15,925 nt of DNA from an uncultured delta proteobacterium (GTDB taxonomy: Bacteria > Desulfobacterota > RBG-13-43-22): assembly GCA_963711835.1 (NCBI GenBank), contig CAVQFQ010000001.1, forward strand, positions 1-15,925, written 5' to 3'. A program made the translations under genes and the position numbers. The notes under the pieces were generated by a model. It was not told where the DNA came from, did not search any database, and was given only the letters and a program-made list of their open reading frames with translations. Positions 1 to 7,979 of this stretch are shown one piece after another. Each line of letters begins with the position of its first letter. Positions within the stretch are counted from its first letter, which is position 1.

Positions 1-53
1 TTAGATTGTTACATCTCTTAGTCTGAGAATTTATCTCTAACTTTCCAAAATTA

Positions 54-278
54 GGTGTAGGGGGGTCCTATTTTTTATGTTGTCCAAAGGGTGACTAAGA
101 GCCCCTAATCCGGCCCGAATAACTAAGTTTATTTTAGAGCAGGGCATTCACCCCAGCCCATTTCCAGCTCGGGTGTAGGCCTGTTGCCAAAACACTATCT
201 GATTTTGGCCCGGTCCGCCGCGGCGGAAAGCTCATGGCTTGGGGGTGGACAACATAAAAAATAGGACCCCACTACACC
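54..278. mobile_element. MITE-like non-autonomous element (225 bp) with 33-bp terminal inverted repeats
   Basis: 54-86 GGTGTAGGGGGGTCCTATTTTTTATGTTGTCCA matches the reverse complement of 246-278 at 32/33 positions. No ORF inside. Internal perfect 14-bp palindrome TCCGCCGCGGCGGA at 214-227. No clear target-site duplication. Confidence 0.65.
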
Positions 279-468
279 ATTTCATCAGGACTTTAAAAAA
301 ATTTCAAATATCTTTAGTTAGGTTATTAGTATTCCTTTATTTTTTATATAGCAAGGGCCGGGCCGGGTCAAGGGGAATCCTGTTCTTTGGCGGAAAGAAG
401 ATTTGAACCCGTTCCTTCTTATCGGAATTCCTGCTAATTCCTGGAGATAGGTTGGGGCCGGGGAGAGA

Positions 469-1197
469 TTAGAGATTTTTTAAATAGCGGTCCCGGTTGT
501 TCAGAAAATCCCGGTAGATTTTAAAGTAGTCGGTATCTTCATAATTCATTTCCCGGATCGGTATGGCATCGAAACTGAAAATAGTGGCCTCAGGATAGGA
601 GAGCAGAATAGGGGAATGGGTAACAATAATAAATTGGACCTGGCCGCCGGCGCTGGTTTCCTTTAGAATTTTCAAGAGCTCGATCTGCCGTTTCGGCGAA
701 AGGGCATTTTCCGGCTCGTCTAAGAAATAGATGCCTTTTTTCCGATAGGTGCTGTTAAAATATTGAATATGCCTTTGACCATGGGACCGGGCGATAAGGG
801 AGTCGCCCCCGTAATAGTTGAAGAGGGCCGGACTGGGCTTGGCCCATTCGTCCAGGCACTCGGCAAAATAGCGGAAGATTTCGGAATCGAAGTAAGATCC
901 CGGAACCCTTTCGTGGACCCACTCCACCTTCAGGTATCTATAAAGCTCTTCGGCCTGGGGATTGTTGTAAAATACCTTTCTCTGATAGCCTTCTTCATCC
1001 CGCCAGATATGGATGGAACACCTCTTGGCCATGGCCTTGAGCAGGGTGGATTTGCCGGTTCCATTCTCGCCGATAAAGAAGGTAATGGGCTTGTCGAAGA
1101 CCAAGGATTCCGTCTGGTTGAAAATCTCCAGCTCGAAAGGATAGCAGTCCCGGGAGGGAAAAGAATTGCTTAGTATTTTAATTTCTCGGATATGCAT
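469..1197 (-). CDS. Stand-alone ABC/AAA-family ATPase (COG3910-like predicted ATPase)
   Basis: 242 aa. Walker A GENGTGKS, variant signature SHGQ, Walker B/D-loop FLDEPENALSP, H-loop IIVTHSP. GGAGG RBS just upstream of the ATG at 1197. Confidence 0.88.
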   Translation of the reverse strand: MHIREIKILSNSFPSRDCYPFELEIFNQTESLVFDKPITFFIGENGTGKSTLLKAMAKRCSIHIWRDEEGYQRKVFYNNPQAEELYRYLKVEWVHERVPGSYFDSEIFRYFAECLDEWAKPSPALFNYYGGDSLIARSHGQRHIQYFNSTYRKKGIYFLDEPENALSPKRQIELLKILKETSAGGQVQFIIVTHSPILLSYPEATIFSFDAIPIREMNYEDTDYFKIYRDFLNNRDRYLKNL

Positions 1198-1230
1198 CTT
1201 TCCTCCGATAAGAGGTTGGGCGGAGCCGGC

Positions 1231-2544
1231 TTATTTCATCATCGAAGGCAGGATGGTGACGATCTGGGGGAACAGGGTCAGGAGGCCGACGACGATGAAA
1301 AGGTCGACCAGGAAAAAGGGCACAAAGCCCCTGAAGATATCATCCATGCTCAAATGAGGGGCCACCCCTTTTAAAACGTAAGCCTGTATGCCCACCGGCG
1401 GGGTGATCAGGCCTATTTCCAGCATCTTGACCACAATGATCCCGAACCAGATGGGGTCAAAGCCAAGTTTGACCATGGGAGCGAAGATAAAAGGAATGGT
1501 CAGAAAAAGCAGGCCCAGGGCATCCATGAAGCAGCCCAGAATCAAATAGACGCCGATGATGCCGGCAAAGATCAGCATGGGATGGATGGGAAGTTCTACA
1601 ATGAATTCCGAAAAAGCTATGGGCAGACGGGTCAGGGCCAGAAAGCGGACGAAGATATAGGCCCCGAGGATAATCATGAATATCGAGGAATAGACCTTAA
1701 GGGATTCGTAGGTAACTTCCCTAAAGGCCTTCCAGTTGACTCTTTTCATGATCAGGGCCAGAATCAGGCTGGCGCAGGCCCCGACCGCCCCGGCCTCCGT
1801 TGGGGTGAAAACCCCGGCATAGAGGCCGCCGATGATGGTTGTAAAAACAATCCCGATCCCGATGGTTCCTTTCAAACTGACCAATTTTTCTTTCCAGGAA
1901 AAGCTCTCTCCGGCTGGGGCCAGGCTGGGGTTGAGTTTCACTCGAACGATAACCAGAACAATAAAAGCCAGCATGGAGAGGATGCCCGGCAGGATGCCGG
2001 CAATCAGGAGCTTGGCTACATTTTCCTCGGTGATCACCCCATAGAGCACCAGCAGGATGCTGGGCGGGATCAGGGCATCTAGAGGGCCGCTCATGGCCGC
2101 CGTACCGGCGGCCAGCTTCCGGTCATAGCCGTGGCGTTCCATCTCCGGCAGGCACAATTTACCTATCGCCGCCGTGGCGGCCACGCTGGAGCCGCTGCAG
2201 GCCCCGAAGAGGGCGCCGCCGATCAGGGTGGCCACAGCCAGCCCTCCGGGCATTTTGCCCACCCATCGGTAGGCCGTTTCATAGGCATCCCGGGCAAAAC
2301 CGGCATGAAAGGCAATGTAGCCCATGAAGATAAACATGGGAATGACGGACAAGAGCCAGTTCGAGACGGCGCTGTAGGGCAACTGGTAGAGGGCATTCAA
2401 GGCCACCGGCCAGCCTCGGATGGCCCAGATGCCGGCAAAACCGACCACGCCCATGCCGATCCCGATCGGCACCCCGATGACCATCATAAAAACAAAGACA
2501 AGGAATCCGAGTATTCCGATCCAGGTCGGGTCAAGGGCGGGCAA
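1231..2544 (-). CDS. dctM: TRAP transporter large permease subunit
   Basis: 437 aa, highly hydrophobic. Motifs GACSGSSVA, LIPPS, GVFTPTEAGAVG, DPIWFGII and EIGLITPPVG are typical of DctM. Overlaps the dctQ stop. Confidence 0.95.
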   Translation of the reverse strand: MPALDPTWIGILGFLVFVFMMVIGVPIGIGMGVVGFAGIWAIRGWPVALNALYQLPYSAVSNWLLSVIPMFIFMGYIAFHAGFARDAYETAYRWVGKMPGGLAVATLIGGALFGACSGSSVAATAAIGKLCLPEMERHGYDRKLAAGTAAMSGPLDALIPPSILLVLYGVITEENVAKLLIAGILPGILSMLAFIVLVIVRVKLNPSLAPAGESFSWKEKLVSLKGTIGIGIVFTTIIGGLYAGVFTPTEAGAVGACASLILALIMKRVNWKAFREVTYESLKVYSSIFMIILGAYIFVRFLALTRLPIAFSEFIVELPIHPMLIFAGIIGVYLILGCFMDALGLLFLTIPFIFAPMVKLGFDPIWFGIIVVKMLEIGLITPPVGIQAYVLKGVAPHLSMDDIFRGFVPFFLVDLFIVVGLLTLFPQIVTILPSMMK

Positions 2545-3049
2545 GGGGAGACTCCTTTAGGGTTAACGACTTAAGCCCATTTTTAATATCGATCAAATAA
2601 CGAAGACAAACCAGAAAAGATCCCAGGGGAACCAGGACCTTGGCCGGAAAAAGAGGGAAGGGGATCACCCCAAAGGTGGTTTCCCAGAATGTCCAGGCCT
2701 TGATGGCGGCCAAGGTTCCCTGCCAGGTGATCAAAACGAAAAGAAAGAATCCTACCAGGTAGGTGAACAAATCAAAAACCAATTTGGTTCGCTTCTTAAA
2801 ATAGGAAAGGAAGATATCTACATTGATATGCCCTTTGAGGGCCTGGGTGTGCGCCAGGGACAGATATAATAGGGCCACCATCATAAACTCGGTCAGTTCC
2901 GTAGTGCCTTGGACCGGTTTACTGAAGAAGAACCGGCCCAGGACGTCGGTCGTCACCAGCAGCATCATGGCCACTATCAGGATGCCCCCGCCGATGGCGG
3001 TCAGGTATTTTTCAAAAGTTGCGAACATGGTAAGAAAAGAAGGGTTCAA
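2531..3049 (-). CDS. dctQ: TRAP transporter small permease subunit (start may be the ATG at 3028 rather than the TTG at 3049)
   Basis: About four TM segments. DctQ-type motifs DVLGRFFF..PV.GTTEL and GHINVD. Lies between dctP and dctM. Confidence 0.9.
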   Translation of the reverse strand: MNPSFLTMFATFEKYLTAIGGGILIVAMMLLVTTDVLGRFFFSKPVQGTTELTEFMMVALLYLSLAHTQALKGHINVDIFLSYFKKRTKLVFDLFTYLVGFFLFVLITWQGTLAAIKAWTFWETTFGVIPFPLFPAKVLVPLGSFLVCLRYLIDIKNGLKSLTLKESPLARP

Positions 3050-3109
3050 GGGGTCGAGGGGTCAAGGGTTCGAGCGAAAAGACCAAAAATCCGTGAACCC
3101 CGGACCCCT
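3041..3109. repeat. Short degenerate octamer tandem repeat with an inverted partner (hairpin-forming intergenic element)
   Basis: AGGGTTCA-AGGGGTCG-AGGGGTCA-AGGGTTCG at 3041-3072, followed by inverted units TGAACCCC-GGACCCCT at 3094-3109. Confidence 0.7.
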
Positions 3110-3120
3110 CAAGCAGTCCG

Positions 3121-4173
3121 TTATTTTTTCTCGTACTTCTTATAAAGCTTTTCGAAATCCTCGATTATTTTCTTGCCGTCCACCCCCATCTTGCTCATCT
3201 TGGCCAGATAATCAGTTACCAGGAAGTTGGCCGATTCCTTCCACTTATTGTATTGGGCCGGGGGCAGTTCGATAATTTTCACCCCTCCATCCCGAAGGGC
3301 TTTCAATTGTTTGGAAATTTCCTGCTCGCAATGCTTGGCGATGGCCTTGGGGTAATAGTCCCGCCAGGTTTCTTCATAGATCTTCTGAACATCCGGAGGA
3401 AATTTGTTCCAGACATCCAGGTTCATCCAGGTGTTTACAATCAGGGTATTGGCCAGGGGAGTCAGGGTAAAGAACTTACAGAAGTCATGAAATTTATAAG
3501 GGACATGCACATAGAGGTAACCCACGGTTCCATCGATGACCCCGCGGGCCAGCCCCTCGGTCACCTCATAGAAGGTCATAGGAACCGCCGTAGCGCCCAG
3601 TGAACCCATCCATTTGGCGGTGGCGCCCACGGCCCTGAATTTCAATCCTTTAAAATCGCCCAGGTCGTCCAGGGGTTTTTTACTGATCAGGGTAGTGGGA
3701 TAACCGAAGGTGCTCAGGAATTTAACCCCCTGCTTGTCAAACTCCGCTTTCAACTGGGGATTGGTCAGGGCCATCTCATTCCAGGCCTTCATCACCCCGG
3801 TCAAATCCGGACCGCCGAGAAACATCAGTTGCGAAAACTGCCAGATGGGGAAACGGCCCGGATGGTAGACCACATCCGGAGCCCCTCCGAGATCGCAGGT
3901 GCCGGCTTTGATGGCCTCCAAAGAATCCTTGGCTTTGACTAAGGATTCGGACCAGTAAAATTCATGCTTGACCCGCCCCCCGGTCCGTTTCTCTATTTCC
4001 AGCATGGTTTCCTTGGTGGCATCGGTCCGGGCCGTACCCTCCTTGGAAGGATCGGAGTATTTCAGGATGATTGGCTTGGTTTGGGCCGAGCCCTGAGAAG
4101 GGGCCAGCAGAAAAAAGGTTAGCAAAGAAACGAGCAGCAACAAAGCAACGGCCAAAAAATGTTTGTTTCGCAT
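3121..4173 (-). CDS. dctP: TRAP transporter periplasmic substrate-binding protein
   Basis: 350 aa. N-terminal signal peptide, IEKRTGGRVK, DFKGLKFR containing the conserved carboxylate-binding Arg, and EVTEGLARGVIDG. AAAGGAGG RBS. Confidence 0.93.
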   Translation of the reverse strand: MRNKHFLAVALLLLVSLLTFFLLAPSQGSAQTKPIILKYSDPSKEGTARTDATKETMLEIEKRTGGRVKHEFYWSESLVKAKDSLEAIKAGTCDLGGAPDVVYHPGRFPIWQFSQLMFLGGPDLTGVMKAWNEMALTNPQLKAEFDKQGVKFLSTFGYPTTLISKKPLDDLGDFKGLKFRAVGATAKWMGSLGATAVPMTFYEVTEGLARGVIDGTVGYLYVHVPYKFHDFCKFFTLTPLANTLIVNTWMNLDVWNKFPPDVQKIYEETWRDYYPKAIAKHCEQEISKQLKALRDGGVKIIELPPAQYNKWKESANFLVTDYLAKMSKMGVDGKKIIEDFEKLYKKYEKK

Positions 4174-4393
4174 GTGTTCCTCCTTTCATTTAAATAACCG
4201 GACTGGGCCGGACTGTCTGATTCTCAGGTATTCCCGCAGTCAGGGAATCACCCTGGAGCTGTTTTCCGATTTTTGGGCTGCATCGGGGTAGGGGGAAAAG
4301 ATACCGGGAGTCTTTTTTACATTGGGATTCTCTGGTTTGCCGCACAGAAACAGCGAATTCGGCTTACTAAGAATTTAGTTAAATTTTTTATTA

Positions 4394-4423
4394 AATTTAT
4401 GTACAATGGGTCTGGCTTGTCAA
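4394..4423 (-). promoter_or_regulatory. Candidate sigma70 promoter for the TRAP operon
   Basis: Minus strand TTGACA (4418-4423), 18-nt spacer, TAAATT (4394-4399), in the AT-rich divergent intergenic region. Palindrome AATTTA-GT-TAAATT at 4372-4385 could be an operator. Confidence 0.45.
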
Positions 4424-4513
4424 TAAAAAAATAGCCCGCCCGGCGGTTTCGAATCAAAAAATATATTCCAAAATATTTGAATAGTAAAACAAAAAGAGAT
4501 CGAAAGGGGATTT

Positions 4514-5659
4514 ATGTCACGAAAAATATTCACCGAGGACCATGAGATATTCCGCACGGCTTTTCGCAAGTATCTGGAAAAAGAAGTCGTTCCCCATCTG
4601 GACGAATGGGAAGCTCAGGCCGAGGTGCCCCGCAGCGCCTGGAGGAAAATGGGGGAGCAGGGTTATCTCTGCCCCTGGCTGGAAGAAAAATACGGAGGTT
4701 CGGGCGCCGATTTCCGCTATTCGGTAATTATCAACGAAGAAATGAGCCGGGTCCGGGCCATGGGTTTCTCCGTTTCCCTGCATAATGACATTGTCGTCCC
4801 TTATCTTGAGGCCTACGGGACCGAGGATCAAAAGAATCAATGGCTGCCCGGTTGCACCACGGGAGAGATTGTTACGGCCGTGGCCATGACCGAACCGGGG
4901 GCCGGATCGGACCTGCAGGCCATCCGAACCCGGGCCGTAAAAGCAGGGGATGATTACCTCCTTAACGGCCAGAAGACCTTTATTACCAACGGCCATTGTT
5001 GCGATCTGGTTATTGTGGCCTGCAAGACCGATACGACGGCCAAACCGGCTTACAAGGGGATCAGCCTGATCGTCGTAGAGGCCGGGACGCCTGGCTTTGT
5101 CAAAGGGCGCAAACTTAAAAAAATGGGGCTGGGGTTTCAGGATACAGCCGAGCTTTTTTTCGAGGACTGCCGGGTTCCCCGATCCAATCTCCTGGGTGAG
5201 GAGGGCCGGGGATTTGTCTATCTCATGGAAAAACTGCAACAGGAACGGCTGATCGTGGTTTTGCGGTCTCAGGTGGCGGCGGAGATTATGCTGGAGCAGA
5301 CCATCGCCTATTGCAAGAGCCGGGAAGCCTTCGGCCGGCCCATCAGCCGCTTTCAGCATAACACATTCAAACTCGTGGAGATGGCCACTGAGATCGAATT
5401 GGGCCGGACCTTTGTTGACGATTTATTGGCCGACCACCTGGAGGGGAAGAACATCGTCAAGAAGGTGTCTATGGCCAAGTGGTGGATTGCCGAGATGGCC
5501 AACCGGGTGGCCTACCAGTGCGTCCAGTTGCACGGCGGTTATGGCTACATGGACGAATATGAAATCAGCCGGTGGTACCGGGACATCCGGGCCGCCACCA
5601 TCTATGCCGGGACCACCGAGATCATGAAAGGCGTCATCGCTAAGATGATGGATCTATAA
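4514..5659 (+). CDS. Acyl-CoA dehydrogenase (LCAD/IVD-type catalytic Glu position)
   Basis: 381 aa. Motifs AMTEPGAGSD, LNGQKTFITNG, REAFGRPI and QLHGGYGY. The C-terminal motif reads IYAGT rather than IYEGT while LQQERL is present, which is the arrangement of long-chain/isovaleryl-type ACADs. Confidence 0.95.
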   Translation: MSRKIFTEDHEIFRTAFRKYLEKEVVPHLDEWEAQAEVPRSAWRKMGEQGYLCPWLEEKYGGSGADFRYSVIINEEMSRVRAMGFSVSLHNDIVVPYLEAYGTEDQKNQWLPGCTTGEIVTAVAMTEPGAGSDLQAIRTRAVKAGDDYLLNGQKTFITNGHCCDLVIVACKTDTTAKPAYKGISLIVVEAGTPGFVKGRKLKKMGLGFQDTAELFFEDCRVPRSNLLGEEGRGFVYLMEKLQQERLIVVLRSQVAAEIMLEQTIAYCKSREAFGRPISRFQHNTFKLVEMATEIELGRTFVDDLLADHLEGKNIVKKVSMAKWWIAEMANRVAYQCVQLHGGYGYMDEYEISRWYRDIRAATIYAGTTEIMKGVIAKMMDL

Positions 5660-5665
5660 TCGCAG

Positions 5666-5726
5666 CCTGGCTTGAAATGCCGAAGCCAGGATAAAGGAAA
5701 GATTCGCCGTGGCGGAGCCTTCCGCC
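5666..5726 (+). other. Two GC-rich hairpins downstream of the acyl-CoA dehydrogenase
   Basis: CCTGGCTT (5666-5673) pairs with AAGCCAGG (5683-5690); GGCGGA (5711-5716) pairs with TCCGCC (5721-5726). No U-tract follows, so these are not a clear intrinsic terminator. Confidence 0.35.
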
Positions 5727-5815
5727 GATGAAACCGGAAAAAGCATCCCGGCCATCCGGAAAGAGGAGGGTATTATTTTGCGTTTAAATAGCCGAAGGAG
5801 AGATTGTTTCCCCAG

Positions 5816-7230
5816 ATGAAATCCGACCCGGACCTGATCGCCCAGATCGATGAACTTGTTCCATCCCCGGTCAGTCGCGGTCGTAGGCGCCCCCCGAGGC
5901 ATGAAAACCGGGACTGTTTTTCTGACCGCCCTTTTGGAGCAAGGATTTCCCGGGCCGATTTACCCGGTGAATCCCCAGGCCGAAGAAATCAACGGGCTCA
6001 AGACCTATCCCAAGGTGGCCGATATTCCCGGCCCGGTGGATTTGGCCATTGTCCTCGTGCCCCACTGGAATTCCCTGGCGGTCGTCAGGGAATGTGCCGC
6101 CAAGGGGGTCAAGGGCGCGGTCCTTTTCACCGCCGGATACACCGAGACCGGAACCGCGGAAGGCAAAGCCCTGGAGGAGGAACTGGTGCGCCTGGCGCGC
6201 CGGGCCGGGATGCGGCTTATCGGCCCCAACGGGATGGGCCTCTATTGTCCGAAAACAGGTCTTTCATTTTTCCCCGGGGTTTCCAAGGAACCCGGGCCGG
6301 TCGGAATCGTTTCCCACAGCGGCTCCCTGACCAATATCCTGGGGAGGCTGGCCTCCGGGAAAGGGATTCGTTTCAGCAAGGTGATCAGTTCGGGAAATGA
6401 CGGCGATCTGACCGCCGCCGATTTTTTGACCTATTTGGGTCACGATCCGGAGACCGGTCTTATCGGCGCTTATATTGAAGGGATCAAGAACGGCCCGGCC
6501 TTTCTGAGGGCGCTGCAACAGGCCTCTCTGAAAAAGCCGGTGATTATCTGGAAGGTGGGTTTGACGCCGGAGGGCTCCCGGGCCTCGGCCTCTCATACCG
6601 GCGCCCTGGCCGGTTCTCGAAAGGTCTGGCAGGCGGTGGAACGTCAGGCCGGGGCAATTCCCGTAGTCGGGTTTGAGGCCTGGGTCGATGCCTTGATGGG
6701 TTTTTCCTTGTTGCCGGAAAATCTCGGCCGGAATCATGGCGGTTATTTCAGGCCCCGGCGGGCTGGCCGTATCGGCCGCCGAGGCCTGCGGGAATGAAGG
6801 ACTCGGTCTGGCCTCCCTTTCCGAACCGACCCAGATCCCGGTTGGCCGAGTTTGTCCCCTCCACCGGCACCAGCCTGCAGAATCCCGTTGATGTGAGTCT
6901 GAGCGGCCATTTTGATCTGACCATTTTTAAACGAGCCGCCGAAATCGGTTGCCCGGGATCCCGGGGTCGATGCGGCTGGTGATTATCGGAGGCGGTCTGA
7001 CCCCTGAGGATAATCAGACCTTTGTCCGATACATGATCGGGGTCCGGCAGGAATGCGGGAAGCCGCTGGTGATGGTCAGGATACCCGGTCGTGATTTCAA
7101 CCTGAGCCGGCAATTTTGCCAGGCCGGAATTCCCTTTTTTGATTCGGCCGAGCGGGCCATGCGGACCTATGCCCAGGTTTTTCGATACCAGCGCTGGCGT
7201 CAAAAAAAGGCTGAATCAGAGCGGCTCTGA
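5816..7230 (+). pseudogene. ADP-forming acyl/acetate-CoA ligase alpha-type subunit (CoA-binding protein), frameshifted as given; pseudogene or sequencing artefact
   Basis: Motifs FHPRSVAVVGA, IYPVNP, RLIGPNGMG and phospho-His motif ASHTGALAG. Later family motifs (AVISGPGGLAVSAAEAC, SLQNPVD, ARDPGVDA) lie in successive +1 frames, with shifts near 5855, 6733, 6832, 6947 and 6975. Confidence 0.8.
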
Positions 7231-7245
7231 GACGTTACTTCTTAT

Positions 7246-7312
7246 TGGCGGAAGTGCATGGGAATCGAACCCACCTGCCGCCCTCTCAGACGGCACACCG
7301 GATTTGAAGTCC
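7246..7312 (-). repeat. 67-bp perfect direct repeat of the 3' part of tRNA-Sec (att-like site)
   Basis: 7246-7312 is identical to 7980-8046 (anticodon arm, variable arm, T arm, 3' acceptor strand and CCA). The 5' 30 nt of the tRNA are absent. Confidence 0.95.
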
Positions 7313-7316
7313 CCAA

Positions 7317-7346
7317 GGTGGATCCGCTTCGCTTGATCCACCCTAC
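7317..7346 (-). repeat. GTAG-family REP-like palindrome
   Basis: Minus strand GTAG-GGTGGATC-AAGCGAAGCG-GATCCACC: a GTAG tetranucleotide followed by a perfect 8-bp stem (7317-7324 with 7335-7342). Confidence 0.7.
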
Positions 7347-7603
7347 TTTGTTTGGGCAGAGGGATTCCAGAAAGAATTTTTGTCGATGCCGAAGCGGGAC
7401 AGGAGGGAATTGATAACGGGGACGCTGATTTCCGTGGATGGACCATGATTTTTAATTGAATACATAGGTCCTCTGTCAGAGCCCGGTTTTTCCGGCATTA
7501 ACAGCAAGGTTTCAGATCCTTTCCCCCTTCCGGTCAGGACCTCGACTCCGTATGGTTTTAACCGCTGAAGTAGTTCCCGGAACGTCAACGGCCGCTTAGA
7601 CAT
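7343..7603 (-). CDS. HicA-like toxin (dsRBD-like fold), atypical GKGSE motif
   Basis: 86 aa, basic. Pattern 'RELLQRLKPYG..GRGKGSE...IKNHG..TEISVPVINSLLSRFGI..F' parallels HicA (REL..L...GF...KGSH...VP.H..DL..GTL..IL...G). Start overlaps the upstream HicB-like gene by 8 nt. Confidence 0.65.
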   Translation of the reverse strand: MSKRPLTFRELLQRLKPYGVEVLTGRGKGSETLLLMPEKPGSDRGPMYSIKNHGPSTEISVPVINSLLSRFGIDKNSFWNPSAQTK

Positions 7604-7940
7604 AGTACAATTCAGCGGCCTGGCAGGTTTTGGCGATGATCCAGGGCGGGACGGCCCCTCCGGAGGATTCGATAGGACGTCTGATTTCGTCGGATTGACC
7701 GCGGCAGGAAAAGAATTCCGCCCACACCGCCGGCGGGGCCGGGTGATAGAGATAATCCAGGTTGTCGTGAGCGAAAGCGTAGTCCACTTGGCAGGCGATC
7801 ACATCGGCAATATCTTCCCGCACCTGCTCGATCGTGGGGGCAGTGGTTACCAGGTCCAATTCCAGGCAATGGGCCAGATAGCAGTCTTCTTCTTTTTTTA
7901 TCAGCACGTTAAAAAACAGTGCGCTCGCTTCAATGGCCAT
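7596..7940 (-). CDS. HicB-like antitoxin (partial RNase H-like fold), no obvious DNA-binding domain
   Basis: 114 aa from the ATG at 7940, preceded by GGAGG. 'VLIKKEEDCYLAHCLELDLVTTAPTIEQVREDI' fits the HicB N-terminal pattern. Acidic protein. The ORF-track extension to 8072 runs through the tRNA and is spurious. Confidence 0.72.
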   Translation of the reverse strand: MAIEASALFFNVLIKKEEDCYLAHCLELDLVTTAPTIEQVREDIADVIACQVDYAFAHDNLDYLYHPAPPAVWAEFFSCRGQSDEIRRPIESSGGAVPPWIIAKTCQAAELYYV

Positions 7941-7979
7941 ATCTATTCCTCCGCTTTCAAATCCTGCCGTTAAAAAAAC

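Noticed and set aside
54-278. REPIN interpretation of the inverted repeats (both arms contain GTAG)
   Set aside because: The arms lack the strong internal palindrome that follows GTAG in REPs and look more like IS terminal inverted repeats.
4174-4390. Riboswitch in the ~200-nt dctP leader (minus-strand GGCAAACC resembles the c-di-GMP-I start; hairpin at 4225-4255)
   Set aside because: The remaining c-di-GMP-I consensus elements are absent and there is no terminator U-tract. An Rfam cmscan would be needed to support any call.
4517-5359. Long antisense or alternate-frame ORFs (280 aa here; also 763..1173, 1582..2082, 2131..2574, 6264..6737, 10182..10634 and others)
   Set aside because: They overlap well-supported genes, show no family motifs, and are expected shadows of GC-rich codon usage.
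6730-6980. Programmed ribosomal frameshifting in the acyl-CoA synthetase gene
   Set aside because: Four successive shifts in about 245 bp without slippery heptamers or long homopolymers is implausible as a programmed mechanism.
7246-7342. A second functional tRNA-Sec gene
   Set aside because: The 5' acceptor strand and D arm are missing and replaced by the REP hairpin; only three anticodon-stem pairs can form.
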